Shown: piece by piece, positions 40,138 through 51,000 of the stretch
How the letters are laid out: every line of letters begins with the position of its first letter
How positions within the stretch are numbered: position 1 is the first letter of the stretch
Source: Alkalihalobacterium alkalicellulosilyticum
GTDB taxonomy: Bacteria > Bacillota > Bacilli > Bacillales > Bacillaceae_F
Assembly: GCF_002019795.1 (NCBI RefSeq)
Contig: NZ_KV917381.1
Span: forward strand, 2,324,068 to 2,388,067
Reading direction: 5' to 3'
Length of the DNA: 64,000 nucleotides
Notes under the pieces: model-generated
The model's input: only the letters and a program-made list of their open reading frames with translations
What the model was told of the DNA's origin: nothing
Database searches by the model: none
Translations under genes and position numbers: made by a program

Positions 40138-41667
40138 TTATAATGTTGTCATTTGATTTAACGGTTTTTTAGCTGGTCCTTCAATGACTTCTCCGTCTAC
40201 AGCATATCTTGAACCATGGCACGGACAATCCCATGTTCTTTCTCCTGAATTCCACTCCACCTCACAGTACATATGAGTACAAGTGGAATCTACAACAAAC
40301 ACTTCACCGTCTTTATTTTTATAAGCCCCACATCGGACCCCATTAACATTTACAATTGAGCCCTCATCCAACCCTAAATCTTCTGGACTTTTTTCGGGTA
40401 GGTCTAACTTTCCTGTGATAAATTCTTTTGCCACATTTACATTTTCTTTAATAAACTTTTTAATACTTGGGTCAGCCACAAAGCGAGATGGACTATAAAG
40501 CTCTGTATATTGATTATGTTTGTTTTGAATGATGTCCGAAATAATATGTGCAGCAACCGTACTATTTGTCATTCCCCACTTACGATAGCCAGCCGCCACA
40601 TATATGTTCGGATTGTTTGTCGAAATCGATCCGACATATGGAAGTTTATCAGGTGTAATTAAATCCTGTGCCGACCATCGATAGGAGATGTCTTTAATTC
40701 CTATTGTCTCTTTTGCATATTCCTCTAATGCACGATAATGTTCTAATGTGGATTTTCCTTGACCTGTTTTATGATGTTCCCCACTCACTAAAATAAGTTT
40801 TTCATCATTATTATCGATTGTATACCGAAGTGACCGAGTAGGAGTTTCTGCGTTTATGTACATTCCCCCTGAAAATTCTTTTTCGGGTTTAACCGCTACT
40901 ACATAAGAACGGTCTGCGTACAACCTTGAAAAATAAAGGCCACTGCCATCTTTAAATGGATAATGAGAAGCACATACAACATGATTACAGCTTATCTTTG
41001 ATCCGTTTTTAGTAATAACCACTGGTTTTTTTCCATCCTGGATATCTACTGCAGGTGTATTTTCGTATATTTTCCCATTTGCAGCTACAATGTCATCAAG
41101 TAAACTCTTCAAATATTGTAAAGGGTGAAATTGCGCTTGTTTATCCATTCTTACTGCCGCTTTTATTTCAACAGGAATATCTACTTTTTCTTGATAACCA
41201 CCTTGAATGCCTAACTTTTCATAAGCTCGAAATTCGTTTTCTAGCTTTGATAAATACTGTTCAGAGTTTGTAAATAAAAAGGCGTCTTCCGTGTTTACCT
41301 TTGCATCAAGCTGCTTTTCCTCTATATAACTTGTGATAAATTGTTTCGCATTATCATTTGCTTCGTAATATAAACGTGCTTGCTCCGTTCCAAAATGCTG
41401 GATAAATTCATCATAAATTAAACCATGTTGTGCTGTAATTTTGGCAGTTGTATGTCCTGTTGTTCCATTCGCAAGAGAATCTGCCTCGATCAGTGCAACA
41501 TCAATTCCTTGCTTCGTTAATAAATAAGCGGTCGTTATTCCCGTCATACCTCCCCCAACCACTGCTACATCTACATGAATATCTTCTGCAAGGTGTGGAA
41601 ACGTCGGTAATGAGGTTGAAACTCTCCAATACGGTTCTGGGGCATTCGGTTGATTATGGTTTGACAT
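40138..41667 (-). CDS. FAD-dependent oxidoreductase with C-terminal Rieske [2Fe-2S] domain (YhfW-like)
   Basis: GGGMTG FAD motif; Rieske CTHMYC...CPCHGS. Confidence 0.8.
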   Translation of the reverse strand: MSNHNQPNAPEPYWRVSTSLPTFPHLAEDIHVDVAVVGGGMTGITTAYLLTKQGIDVALIEADSLANGTTGHTTAKITAQHGLIYDEFIQHFGTEQARLYYEANDNAKQFITSYIEEKQLDAKVNTEDAFLFTNSEQYLSKLENEFRAYEKLGIQGGYQEKVDIPVEIKAAVRMDKQAQFHPLQYLKSLLDDIVAANGKIYENTPAVDIQDGKKPVVITKNGSKISCNHVVCASHYPFKDGSGLYFSRLYADRSYVVAVKPEKEFSGGMYINAETPTRSLRYTIDNNDEKLILVSGEHHKTGQGKSTLEHYRALEEYAKETIGIKDISYRWSAQDLITPDKLPYVGSISTNNPNIYVAAGYRKWGMTNSTVAAHIISDIIQNKHNQYTELYSPSRFVADPSIKKFIKENVNVAKEFITGKLDLPEKSPEDLGLDEGSIVNVNGVRCGAYKNKDGEVFVVDSTCTHMYCEVEWNSGERTWDCPCHGSRYAVDGEVIEGPAKKPLNQMTTL

Positions 41668-41798
41668 CCTATTTCCTCCTACTTTAATTCGTCGTTGTAT
41701 TTTTCCACATTTGATGGAAAATATGACTATTTTAAAGAAAAGGAAGAAATCCGTTTAATCTTTAAAAACAGGGATGAGACATAACTAGGTTAAATAGT

Positions 41799-41836
41799 AG
41801 GCCGTGATAAAAGGAAAAAACCTTCTGTCACGGCCT
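41799..41836 (-). terminator. terminator hairpin after helD
   Basis: aggccgtgacagaagg...ccttttatcacggcct stem on minus strand. Confidence 0.55.
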
Positions 41837-41847
41837 CATTTTATCGA

Positions 41848-44190
41848 TTACTTTTCGTTTGTATATTCATCAAATGTATCTTCAGATATTTCTTTTAGAT
41901 AAGGTGTTACTTCGTTTTTATAGAAAAGGGTAAGTGAGTGCATCGCTCTAGTGCATGCTGTGTAGAAAAGCTTTCGTTCACTTTCTAGGTGATAGGCTTG
42001 CGCGGATGCATTATAAATAATAACCGCATCAAATTCTACCCCTTTCGCTAAATACGACGGGATGATTAACGTTCCGGATTCATAGCCACCCGAGTGCTTT
42101 GTTACTTTTGTCACATCTATTTGTTCTTGAAGGTGTTCATACGCCTGTTCACATTCAACCTCTGTTTTACAGATTACCGCAATCGTTTCCTGTCCTTCTT
42201 TTTGAAGTTCTTTAATTCTATGAACGACTTTTCTGTTTAAATCCTTACAATCTCTTGCTTGTATTAGCATAGGCTTGTGACCATTACGATTAAATGGAAT
42301 GATATCTGCATTTATCATTTGTTTTGTAAACTCAACAATTTGCTTTGTCGAGCGATAACTTTTTGTTAGTTGATAACTTTCCACTTGCTCCTTTGAAAAT
42401 AAAGAGAGTAATGATGAAAAACTATCTGTTGTTGAATGTGTAAAAATCGATTGATTTCCGTCACCTAAAATGGTCATTTTGGCTCGTGGAAACAACTTTA
42501 CAATAAATGCAAATTGAAAAGGTGAATAATCTTGGGCCTCATCAATAAATACATGGCGAATCATTGTATTCACCTGGAATCCACCAATTTGTTCTTTCAC
42601 ATATAAGTATGGTGTTACATCCTCATATGGCAAAAAACCGGCATGTAATTGCTCTTTGGTATAGTTCCCTATTTGTTTCCACTGCTCATCGTCTAAAGTT
42701 GAGGTTTTCGCATTAGCAGGTGAAAACAACTCACTATAAATCGTTTGAAAATCTACAAACTCCATTTGTTTAATTTGGTTTCGAATGGATTTTAACGACC
42801 GTTTCACTACATACGCTGCTAATATTTCATGTTCCCTGTCAAACTCCATAAATACCGTATGTTGCTTTTTCTCATTTTGCACTTTTTGATGAGCTTTCAA
42901 AAGGATCTCATTATCAAGTAACTCTATTTCTTTATCGACCCACTCTTTTTTCCGTTCCTCTAATTCAATTTCCCTTACGGCTTTTAGCAATTGTTCTATT
43001 ACAAAATTCAAACGGTTTGGAAGGGAGAGATGTTGGTCTGTTTCGTAAAACCATGAATGAATGGTTTTACCTGATATGATTTCTTTACCACGATGTTCTA
43101 AAGAGTGAAAAAAGACCCCCTCTTTTTTTAACCCTTCCACATATCCATCAACCATTTTCATAAAAGTGAATGAGGATTTAAATTGTATACTTTGGATTCT
43201 TGTCTGGTAAGCTGGATTTTTCGTTTCACTCAAAATATATTCCATTTGAGTAAAAGGATCTTCAATAGTAAATTCTGATGCCAACCGATGGTGCACATAT
43301 TCCTGAAAGGTCGTTTGTTGCATGTTCTCCTCACCAAGCTCTGGCAAAACAGAACGAACATAACTATTGAACATTGAGTTTGGTGAAAAGAGAACAATAT
43401 TCTCAGCCTCAATCGTATCGCGGTATCGATATAATAAATAGGCAACACGCTGAAGCGCTGCTGAAGTCTTTCCGCTACCAGCCACCCCTTGAACAAGTAA
43501 TATCCGTGATTTTTCATTTCGAATAATCACGTTTTGTTCTTGTTGAATTGTTGCTACAATGCTCTTCATTTGCGAGTCTGCTTGTTTGCCTAACACTTCC
43601 TGGAGAAGCTCGTCTCCGATGGTCACTCCAGTATCAAACATATGTAATAGCTGACCCTGACGGATAATATACTGCTTTTTTAATTTTACCTGTCCGGAAA
43701 TTTGTTCATATGGGGTTTCGTAATGGGCTGGACCAGGCCCAAAATCATAATACATGCTAGAAATAGGTGCTCTCCAGTCATAGACATAAAAATCTACCCC
43801 ATTTTTATCTACAAAAGATGCCGTTCCGATATAAATCGGCTCTGTTTCCTCATTATCCTCTTGAAAATCAATTCTCCCAAAGTAAGGACTATGCTTTAAC
43901 CGTTCCAAACTTTTAAATTGTTTATTCGCATGGTGATGAGAACGTTCTCGCTCGTTCAACAGTTCCGCTTGTTGTTTAATGCTCGCAAAGGTTTCTGAAA
44001 CTTCTTCGGCATTGTCTAAGTTAACCGTAACGTCATCCCAAAACTTTTTTCTTATATCAAAAACATCACCTTTAACTGTTCCTAGTTGAATCAAAAGGTC
44101 AGCTAACCTGTCATTTATTTTTGCGACGACCATATCCACTCGTTTTTGCTCATTTTCAACATTCGTTGGGTGCTGACTCATACTCCTCAC
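41848..44190 (-). CDS. helD: HelD-type UvrD-family helicase (RNA polymerase-associated)
   Basis: Walker A GVAGSGKT, N-terminal extension typical of HelD, C-terminal UvrD 2B domain; 780 aa. Confidence 0.75.
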   Translation of the reverse strand: MRSMSQHPTNVENEQKRVDMVVAKINDRLADLLIQLGTVKGDVFDIRKKFWDDVTVNLDNAEEVSETFASIKQQAELLNERERSHHHANKQFKSLERLKHSPYFGRIDFQEDNEETEPIYIGTASFVDKNGVDFYVYDWRAPISSMYYDFGPGPAHYETPYEQISGQVKLKKQYIIRQGQLLHMFDTGVTIGDELLQEVLGKQADSQMKSIVATIQQEQNVIIRNEKSRILLVQGVAGSGKTSAALQRVAYLLYRYRDTIEAENIVLFSPNSMFNSYVRSVLPELGEENMQQTTFQEYVHHRLASEFTIEDPFTQMEYILSETKNPAYQTRIQSIQFKSSFTFMKMVDGYVEGLKKEGVFFHSLEHRGKEIISGKTIHSWFYETDQHLSLPNRLNFVIEQLLKAVREIELEERKKEWVDKEIELLDNEILLKAHQKVQNEKKQHTVFMEFDREHEILAAYVVKRSLKSIRNQIKQMEFVDFQTIYSELFSPANAKTSTLDDEQWKQIGNYTKEQLHAGFLPYEDVTPYLYVKEQIGGFQVNTMIRHVFIDEAQDYSPFQFAFIVKLFPRAKMTILGDGNQSIFTHSTTDSFSSLLSLFSKEQVESYQLTKSYRSTKQIVEFTKQMINADIIPFNRNGHKPMLIQARDCKDLNRKVVHRIKELQKEGQETIAVICKTEVECEQAYEHLQEQIDVTKVTKHSGGYESGTLIIPSYLAKGVEFDAVIIYNASAQAYHLESERKLFYTACTRAMHSLTLFYKNEVTPYLKEISEDTFDEYTNEK

Positions 44191-44399
44191 CTACTCCTTG
44201 TTTTCTATATTCTTACGGTATTCGCGTATGTTCTATTCTAGTATCACCACTCAAAAAAGTAAAATAAAGACTTACATTCATTTGGAATATTCTCCTTTTT
44301 TAAACAAGAATTTGAAGGTCCAATGATACACACTTACCCACCTTTTAGCATAGGCTATTGTAATCTAAAATTTTCATCCAGAAAGGAGCAACTCTTGTA

Positions 44400-45827
44400 A
44401 TGGAATTAACTATCGCTCATTGGATGTATCTAGTAGGCACATGCCTTATCATTGTAACGATGCTTTTCCGCCAAAATGTAGTCGTTCCCGCAATACTTAT
44501 GACATTTGTTGTCGGGTGGTTATATACGGGGTCATTTACTTTAGGCCTTCAGTCTATCTTTAATGCAAGTGTTACAGCGGCTACTCAGCTGTTTCACATC
44601 TTCTTAATCATAGCGATTATGACTGCCTTGCTTCATGCATTAAAGGCAATTGGGTCAGACAAACAAATGATCGTACCATTCCAGAAAGTAATGAATAACG
44701 GTCATACTTCCTTTTGGATTTTAGTGTTTGTCACGTACGCCATTTCACTATTCTTCTGGCCCGCTCCAGCAGTACCATTAATTGGGGCGTTACTCATCCC
44801 TGTTGCTATTAAAGCAGGACTTCCTCCAATCGGTGCAGCCCTTGCCATTTCTATTGCCGGACACGGTATGGCATTGTCATCAGACTTTGTCATTCAAGCT
44901 GCTCCAGCACTAACTGCTTCGGTCTCCGGGCTAGAAGCAGGAGCAATCACTGAAAAAACATTAATTATGTCATTAATAACAGGTGCCGTCGCACTCCTAA
45001 TCGTGTATTTCACACAACGAAAAGAAATAAAAAAACCTTCCCAAGAGCTCCTGTCGAAATGGGAAAACCAAGACCAAGAAGATAACCTGATAAAAACGGA
45101 TGACTCTATTAATTCTACGAAATCCCAGTACAGTTTTTTATTTGCTGTATTAGTCCCCATTGTCTTTTTGGCAATCGTCATCTATGTTGTTCTTGCTACA
45201 TTCACAAGCGCTATCCCGTCAATGGAAGGTGGTGCAGGTGCAGCTTTAATCGGAGGAACAGCCGCCATATTAATAATTGCAACAGCCTTTGCGAAAGATT
45301 TTAAATCTTCTCTTGAAGATGTAAGTTCGTATATTCGTCAAGGTCTCATGTTTGCCTTCAAAGTAATGGGAGTCGTTATCCCGATTGCCGGTTTCTTTTT
45401 TATCGGAAGTGGTGATTATTCACCTAGAATTCTAGGGGTTGAAGCCGATAGCGCACCAGCCTTTTTATTTGACCTTGTCAATGCAGGCCAACACGCTATA
45501 CCAGAAAACACCTTTATAACGGCGTTTGGGATATTACTTCTCGGAATGGTATCAGGCCTAGACGGGTCAGGTTTTTCTGGGTTACCTTTAATTGGTGGAT
45601 TAGCTGATGCCTTTGGTCAAACCGTGGGAGTCGACGGAAACACATTGGCCGCTATAGGGCAGATGGGTGCAATTTGGGTTGGTGGCGGTACGTTAGTCGC
45701 ATGGTCACCGATCATAGCGATTGCTGGTTTTGCAAAAATCTCTGTCATTGATCTCGTTCGAAAAAGCTTTTTCCCAGTAATCATTGGTTTAACCGTTTCA
45801 ACCATATTCGCCCTACTATTTCTATAA
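44400..45827 (+). CDS. polytopic membrane transporter (ion-transporter superfamily, GntP/CitMHS-like), identity uncertain
   Basis: about 12 TM helices, no ATP-binding motifs. Confidence 0.35.
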   Translation: MELTIAHWMYLVGTCLIIVTMLFRQNVVVPAILMTFVVGWLYTGSFTLGLQSIFNASVTAATQLFHIFLIIAIMTALLHALKAIGSDKQMIVPFQKVMNNGHTSFWILVFVTYAISLFFWPAPAVPLIGALLIPVAIKAGLPPIGAALAISIAGHGMALSSDFVIQAAPALTASVSGLEAGAITEKTLIMSLITGAVALLIVYFTQRKEIKKPSQELLSKWENQDQEDNLIKTDDSINSTKSQYSFLFAVLVPIVFLAIVIYVVLATFTSAIPSMEGGAGAALIGGTAAILIIATAFAKDFKSSLEDVSSYIRQGLMFAFKVMGVVIPIAGFFFIGSGDYSPRILGVEADSAPAFLFDLVNAGQHAIPENTFITAFGILLLGMVSGLDGSGFSGLPLIGGLADAFGQTVGVDGNTLAAIGQMGAIWVGGGTLVAWSPIIAIAGFAKISVIDLVRKSFFPVIIGLTVSTIFALLFL

Positions 45828-45907
45828 GAAAATAGGGTTCCAAAAAGGTATGTTACCTTTTTGGAACCCTTAGTATATAGCCTATTAAATCTTACTCTAC
45901 TAATCAA

Positions 45908-46084
45908 TTAGCCTGACTTAAACCTTTTGAAAAATGGTACCTTTCCTTTCCCCTCGCATGGCGAACAATTAACTGTCCCTTGACCAGAACATTGACTACA
46001 CTTATGGTGACCGTAATCAAATCCCGTACCACTGCATTTCCTACAAGTGGAAAATCCATTACCTTCACAACTTTTACATTTCAT
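45908..46084 (-). CDS. small Cys-rich zinc-ribbon/CxxCxGxG-type protein (about 58 aa), not in ORF track
   Basis: hand translation MKCKSCEGNGFSTCRKCSGTGFDYGHHKCSQCSGQGTVNCSPCEGKGKVPFFKRFKSG with AGGAGG RBS; coordinates approximate. Confidence 0.5.
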   Translation of the reverse strand: MKCKSCEGNGFSTCRKCSGTGFDYGHHKCSQCSGQGTVNCSPCEGKGKVPFFKRFKSG

Positions 46085-46310
46085 TTGTTTTCCTCCTTAA
46101 TCTTTGATAGGAGCATAACTTTAAGAAGTAGAAGCTATATGTATTTTACACTTATTTCCTCTTTATTAAATGAATCTTTTTACCCATTATTTCAACAACA
46201 CATTGCCCCATTGAATACTCTGGTACGTTTTCCTTCAAAATGGTTTGTGCGGATATTATAAAGCGGGTGGGACAAATGGTTGTTTACCTTTCGCCCCACC
46301 CTCTTCCTTA

Positions 46311-47123
46311 TTATTTTTGATTATCATAATACCTTGAAAGTTCAATAATCATTGCACCCATTCGCTCAAGTTCAGGAGCGATATAACGTGTAATCCCCTC
46401 TTCAACCATTGCTTCTGATGTCACCTTTCCAACAGAAACAGCTAATACATCTGCCGTGAATGCCATTAAAATTTCTTCTTTTATCCCCTGCTGTTGGGCA
46501 TATGTAAGGAGCGATCTGACTTGAATCGCGGTAGTAAAGCAAACCGCATCTACGTGACGGTCAATAATTTCTTTACACAACAGTTCAGCCGTATGTTCCT
46601 CAGGTGGTATATGCTGATAAGGTAATAATTGAAGCACGGTTGCACCACGGTCCGTAAGAAATTCAATTAATCGTGGGGCAGGGTCGCCATGAAGTTGAAC
46701 TGTCACTCGCTTTCCTTGAAAGTCATAGTCTACTAAAGCTTTAGCAAGTCCTGCGGTTGTTCCATCTTCATCAACTGCAAATGGTGTAACTCCTAATTTC
46801 TTTAGTACACCGAATGTTTTATATCCTCTTGAAGCTACCTCAGCCTCTTGTAAAACCTGCAAGAAATCTTCTTTTCTCCTGATGTTTTCTGCAATCGATA
46901 GTAAGGTTTCAGTTCCAATTCCTGTTGTTAAAATCAGTACATCTGTACCTTCCTCAACTAAACGCTGAAGGTCAGGTTTAACTTGTTCCTCATCTAAAAA
47001 CACAGTCCCTTGCATCGGTCGTATTAACGCTTTTCCGCCTTGTTTCTCAATTAATAGAGTCATTTCATCCGTTTTACGAGAAGCGGCAAGAACAACTGTC
47101 TTCCCTGTTAATCCATTCCCCAT
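46311..47123 (-). CDS. uroporphyrinogen-III synthase (HemD/HEM4) family protein
   Basis: two-lobe HEM4-like pattern, 270 aa. Confidence 0.55.
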   Translation of the reverse strand: MGNGLTGKTVVLAASRKTDEMTLLIEKQGGKALIRPMQGTVFLDEEQVKPDLQRLVEEGTDVLILTTGIGTETLLSIAENIRRKEDFLQVLQEAEVASRGYKTFGVLKKLGVTPFAVDEDGTTAGLAKALVDYDFQGKRVTVQLHGDPAPRLIEFLTDRGATVLQLLPYQHIPPEEHTAELLCKEIIDRHVDAVCFTTAIQVRSLLTYAQQQGIKEEILMAFTADVLAVSVGKVTSEAMVEEGITRYIAPELERMGAMIIELSRYYDNQK

Positions 47124-47197
47124 TACAATCCCTCTTTCTCACTGATTCAACATTTCTCTTCTTATACCTTACTATGTTTGCTAGCAGGAGACAACTT

Positions 47198-47893
47198 CTA
47201 ACTAACACTTGAAGTTCTTGATTCACAAATTTTTTTCAGAGCTTTATAGCCGTTCCTTGTTATTTTAAAACTCTCATCAACATATTTTAATTTTTCTAAG
47301 GATTGAATCGTTTTTGGGTCAAGAGTAGAGCGAATCTTGGCTAACTTTTCATTCAAAACCATCATTGACCCTTTATTGATGACATCTGGTTGTAACTTTG
47401 AGCTAAGTTCTTTAATACATTCGGATTTACTAAAATATTTTTTTGTATCATTCATTGCTTGTTCTAATTTCATCTTTGCCTTTAAGACATCTTGCTTAAG
47501 AAAGAATAATTCCGTATCTTTTTTCATGATTTTATCACGATACGCTTGCTTTTCTGCCTCGTCTAATTCAGCTTTTGTAAATAGTGTTTCTAGCATTTGT
47601 GTTTTCCCTAAATTGACTCTTGCTATTTCTTTTTCAAGATCATCATCGTTTGTAGTTATGAATTCATTTTTTGGTGACTGTACGGTTTGCGCGTGATTAC
47701 GTTTTGAATACATAGAATAAGAAATAAACAATAATAAGCATATGACAAATAAACGATAAATGATTTCATGAAAAATCGCAGCATAAATAAACATGGCAGT
47801 AGCACAACACAAGAGAACGAATATAACCCATCTTCCTGCTGTCTTCAAATATGGTAGTTTTTTAATTGGTTTCATCTCCATCCCCCCAATCAT
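47198..47893 (-). CDS. hypothetical membrane protein with cytoplasmic coiled-coil
   Basis: 2 N-terminal TM helices then K/E-rich helical region. Confidence 0.45.
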   Translation of the reverse strand: MIGGMEMKPIKKLPYLKTAGRWVIFVLLCCATAMFIYAAIFHEIIYRLFVICLLLFISYSMYSKRNHAQTVQSPKNEFITTNDDDLEKEIARVNLGKTQMLETLFTKAELDEAEKQAYRDKIMKKDTELFFLKQDVLKAKMKLEQAMNDTKKYFSKSECIKELSSKLQPDVINKGSMMVLNEKLAKIRSTLDPKTIQSLEKLKYVDESFKITRNGYKALKKICESRTSSVS

Positions 47894-48065
47894 AGATTAT
47901 ATGATGAAACGCAACTTAAATTAAACGACTTAAGACCCATTTCTCTTCCTGTTATTACTAATAAAGCATATGAAAAAGCAACACGAGTACTCTATTTCAT
48001 ATCACAAGAAAAAAACACGGAAAGGGACCAACCGACCTTATCCGTGCCACATGTGGATTCTGCTT

Positions 48066-51000
48066 TTATTTAAGTAATTGTTTTACTTCTTGGGCTGTGC
48101 GTTCGTCTTGCTTAATGTTATTTAAATCCGGGTCTGTCTGAGCAAGTTGTTTGAAGTAAGGGGAGTCTGGATCATTTTCAATAACATACTCCAATGTGCG
48201 CAATGATTCATCAACATCTTGAAGAACTGCTAAATAGCAAGCCTTATTATAATATCCGAGTAAAAACTCACTATCAGTTTCAATAGAAGTATTAATCGTT
48301 TGTAACGCTTCTTTTGTCTTCCCCTGTCTATGCTCAAGGATACTAAGTTGATTGTAGAGAAAGGCATTGGATGGATCGAGCGTAATGGCTTGCTTGATTA
48401 CATTTTCTCCTTGTTGATATTGCCCCGAATACTCACAGAAACGACTGTACTCATAATAAGCATCAATATAGTCTGGATTTTCATTTATAATGGTCTGAAA
48501 TAATCGTTCAGATTCTTTCAAACGATTATATTGATAATAGAATGTTGCCAATTGTATTTGTAACTGAATTTCATTTGGGTCTTCTTCAACGCACCGTGAA
48601 ATAACCGATTCCACCAGTTTCAAGTCAATGTTTCGTTCGGCATTGCTTGTTCCATTTAAAATATGGTCGATGTAATAGCGCGCCACTTCTGAATCCCAAT
48701 TTCGCTCTAAGAATCTTTCTAACACCTCTCTTGCTTCTTCAAATTCTTCATATCCTTTATGATATTCGGATAACCAAATGACGGCCTGACTATTGTTTTG
48801 TTCAATGGCTTTATTGTATAACTCAATAAGCAAAGCTTCCATTTTGAGTATACCCTTCATATGAAGCAACCTGCGGAATGTACCATAACTCTCCATTCGC
48901 TCACTCAAGATTTGCTCGACCTCATACGCCATGTACATGTATAGATTACTATGAAAATTCTCACCCTGCTCTAGGTACTTTAGGATGTCCTTTATGGCAT
49001 ACATAGAAGTTATTTTCATTGTAGATCGAAGTAAAATAGAGTACATATGACGATGCTCAACATCTTTTTCGATTTGTGTGATTGCTATGCTCTGGGCTTC
49101 TTTAAAACGATTTAATGTAAGATAAATGTCAGCTAGATGATCCAAAAGCGGCACAGCCTCAGGATCTAGATCAAGCCCTTGCTTTATAAACGATTCTGCT
49201 AGTTTTATATTTCCTTCGGCTTTTGCAATATAGGCTAAAGCGTCTAGACGCCATGGTTCTAGAAGATTTCCTTCATTTCTTTCAAAATAATCGCGGACAT
49301 CTGCTAGCTTCCCAACGGCATGACTTATCTCTATGAAATGAGGCAATGTCACTTCAAGTGGCGCATGTTCTAATGCTAAAAACAGGTATTGCTGTTCATT
49401 TACACTATCTTCCAAACGATTATAAATCTCAGCAAGCCGGAAATAACAACTCGCAACGGTAGCATCTTGTGCAAGACACAATGCATAGAAGGAAATCGCT
49501 TCTTCATATTGTTCTTGAGTAAAAGCCACTTCTCCTAATCGATAATACGGAAAATAATGCTCCTCTATTTCTAACGCTTGCTCATATAAATGGATTGCTT
49601 GATCTAGCTGTTCGGCTCTCTCAAATAAGCATCCAATATAGCAAAGTAGGTCGACACTATTAGGATACTTAGCTTTTTGACTGTCTAAGAATAAACGTGC
49701 TCTTTCGTTATGTTCTGTATACTCGAGAAGCTGAACATACAGATCCCAGGCTCCTTCCACATTGCTTTTAGTATAGGAAATACCAGCTTCAAGCCACTCT
49801 AATGCCAATGCTGCTTCTGTCTCATGTTGACTATGATTTACTAGCCACTCCCCTGCATGAATTAAAAACGTACTATCTGTTTGAAATGAAGGGTAATGAT
49901 TCTCCAATAAGGCTATCGCTTTTTCATGTTCATTATTCTGACCGTAGATACCAATAAGAGATAAAAGTGGGTATGGATTTTCTGGTTGACAACTAAATGC
50001 CCGCAAGTAATGTTGTTCAGCTTCTTCTAGCTTGCCACTGTTTTCATAAATTTCAGCTAAGGTCATCAATAACGAGAAATCTTCTCCTACCTGTTCTAAC
50101 CCTTGTGATAACTCTTGGATAGCGGCTTCTTCATTATTATTTTCATGAACGTAAATCATCGCCAAATCACGATACGGAAGTGGGACATCCGGCATTAGCT
50201 CCCTCGCTACCTTATACCCTCGAATGGCATGTGAGAATCGACTAAGAGCTTGGTCACAATAGGCACGCTCATACCAGGCTTGTGCATATTGCTTATATTC
50301 TTTCAAAATAGTATGGTAAAGCGCTCTTGCTTCCTCATATCTTTTTTCTTCAATTAGAAGTAATCCAACATTCATTCGGTTCCAGTAATCCTTGTCATTG
50401 ATATCCGTAGAAATATCTGCATACGTAAACGCTTTTTGCGTCTCCCCTGAAAAATAGCTACTTAATGAGAGATAAGACCATGTATCATAATGGTCAGGTT
50501 CAACATTTAAAGCTTTTCTAAAATGGGGTGTTGCTTCTTCATACCGTTCTTGCTCATAGGCAATTCGACCAAGTAAGTAATGATACAGATGTGTTTCTTT
50601 TTGTTTCACGCTAGCTAATAATTGTGTAGCCCGCTCATATTCTTTCACTTTGACATATGTGTGGGCACAAATAAGATGAATATAATCAGAATCTGGTAGC
50701 TTTTCTTGGAGATCTGAAATCGTGGTGTGTAAGTTATCCCTATCCCCATCAAAAAAGAGCTTCATTAAATAAATCGAAACAAAAAAATAGTCCCTATGTT
50801 GTGTAAAAAATTGATAATCGCTTTCTTTTGTTGAATCATCAAAGTTTTCGAGTCTATTAGCTAATTTATAAACTCTAGTGACTATCTCATGCTCAATCGA
50901 AGAGAGCAGAGAAGGCATTTCACTAGAATTTGAAACGATTGCCATCGACAAACATTGATTTTTTCCATAATACTTCATAAAATCTTCATACCCAATCACT

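Noticed and set aside
44702-45181. Two minus-strand ORFs (63 and 95 aa) inside the transporter gene
   Set aside because: They are antisense shadow ORFs within a long polytopic membrane protein gene.
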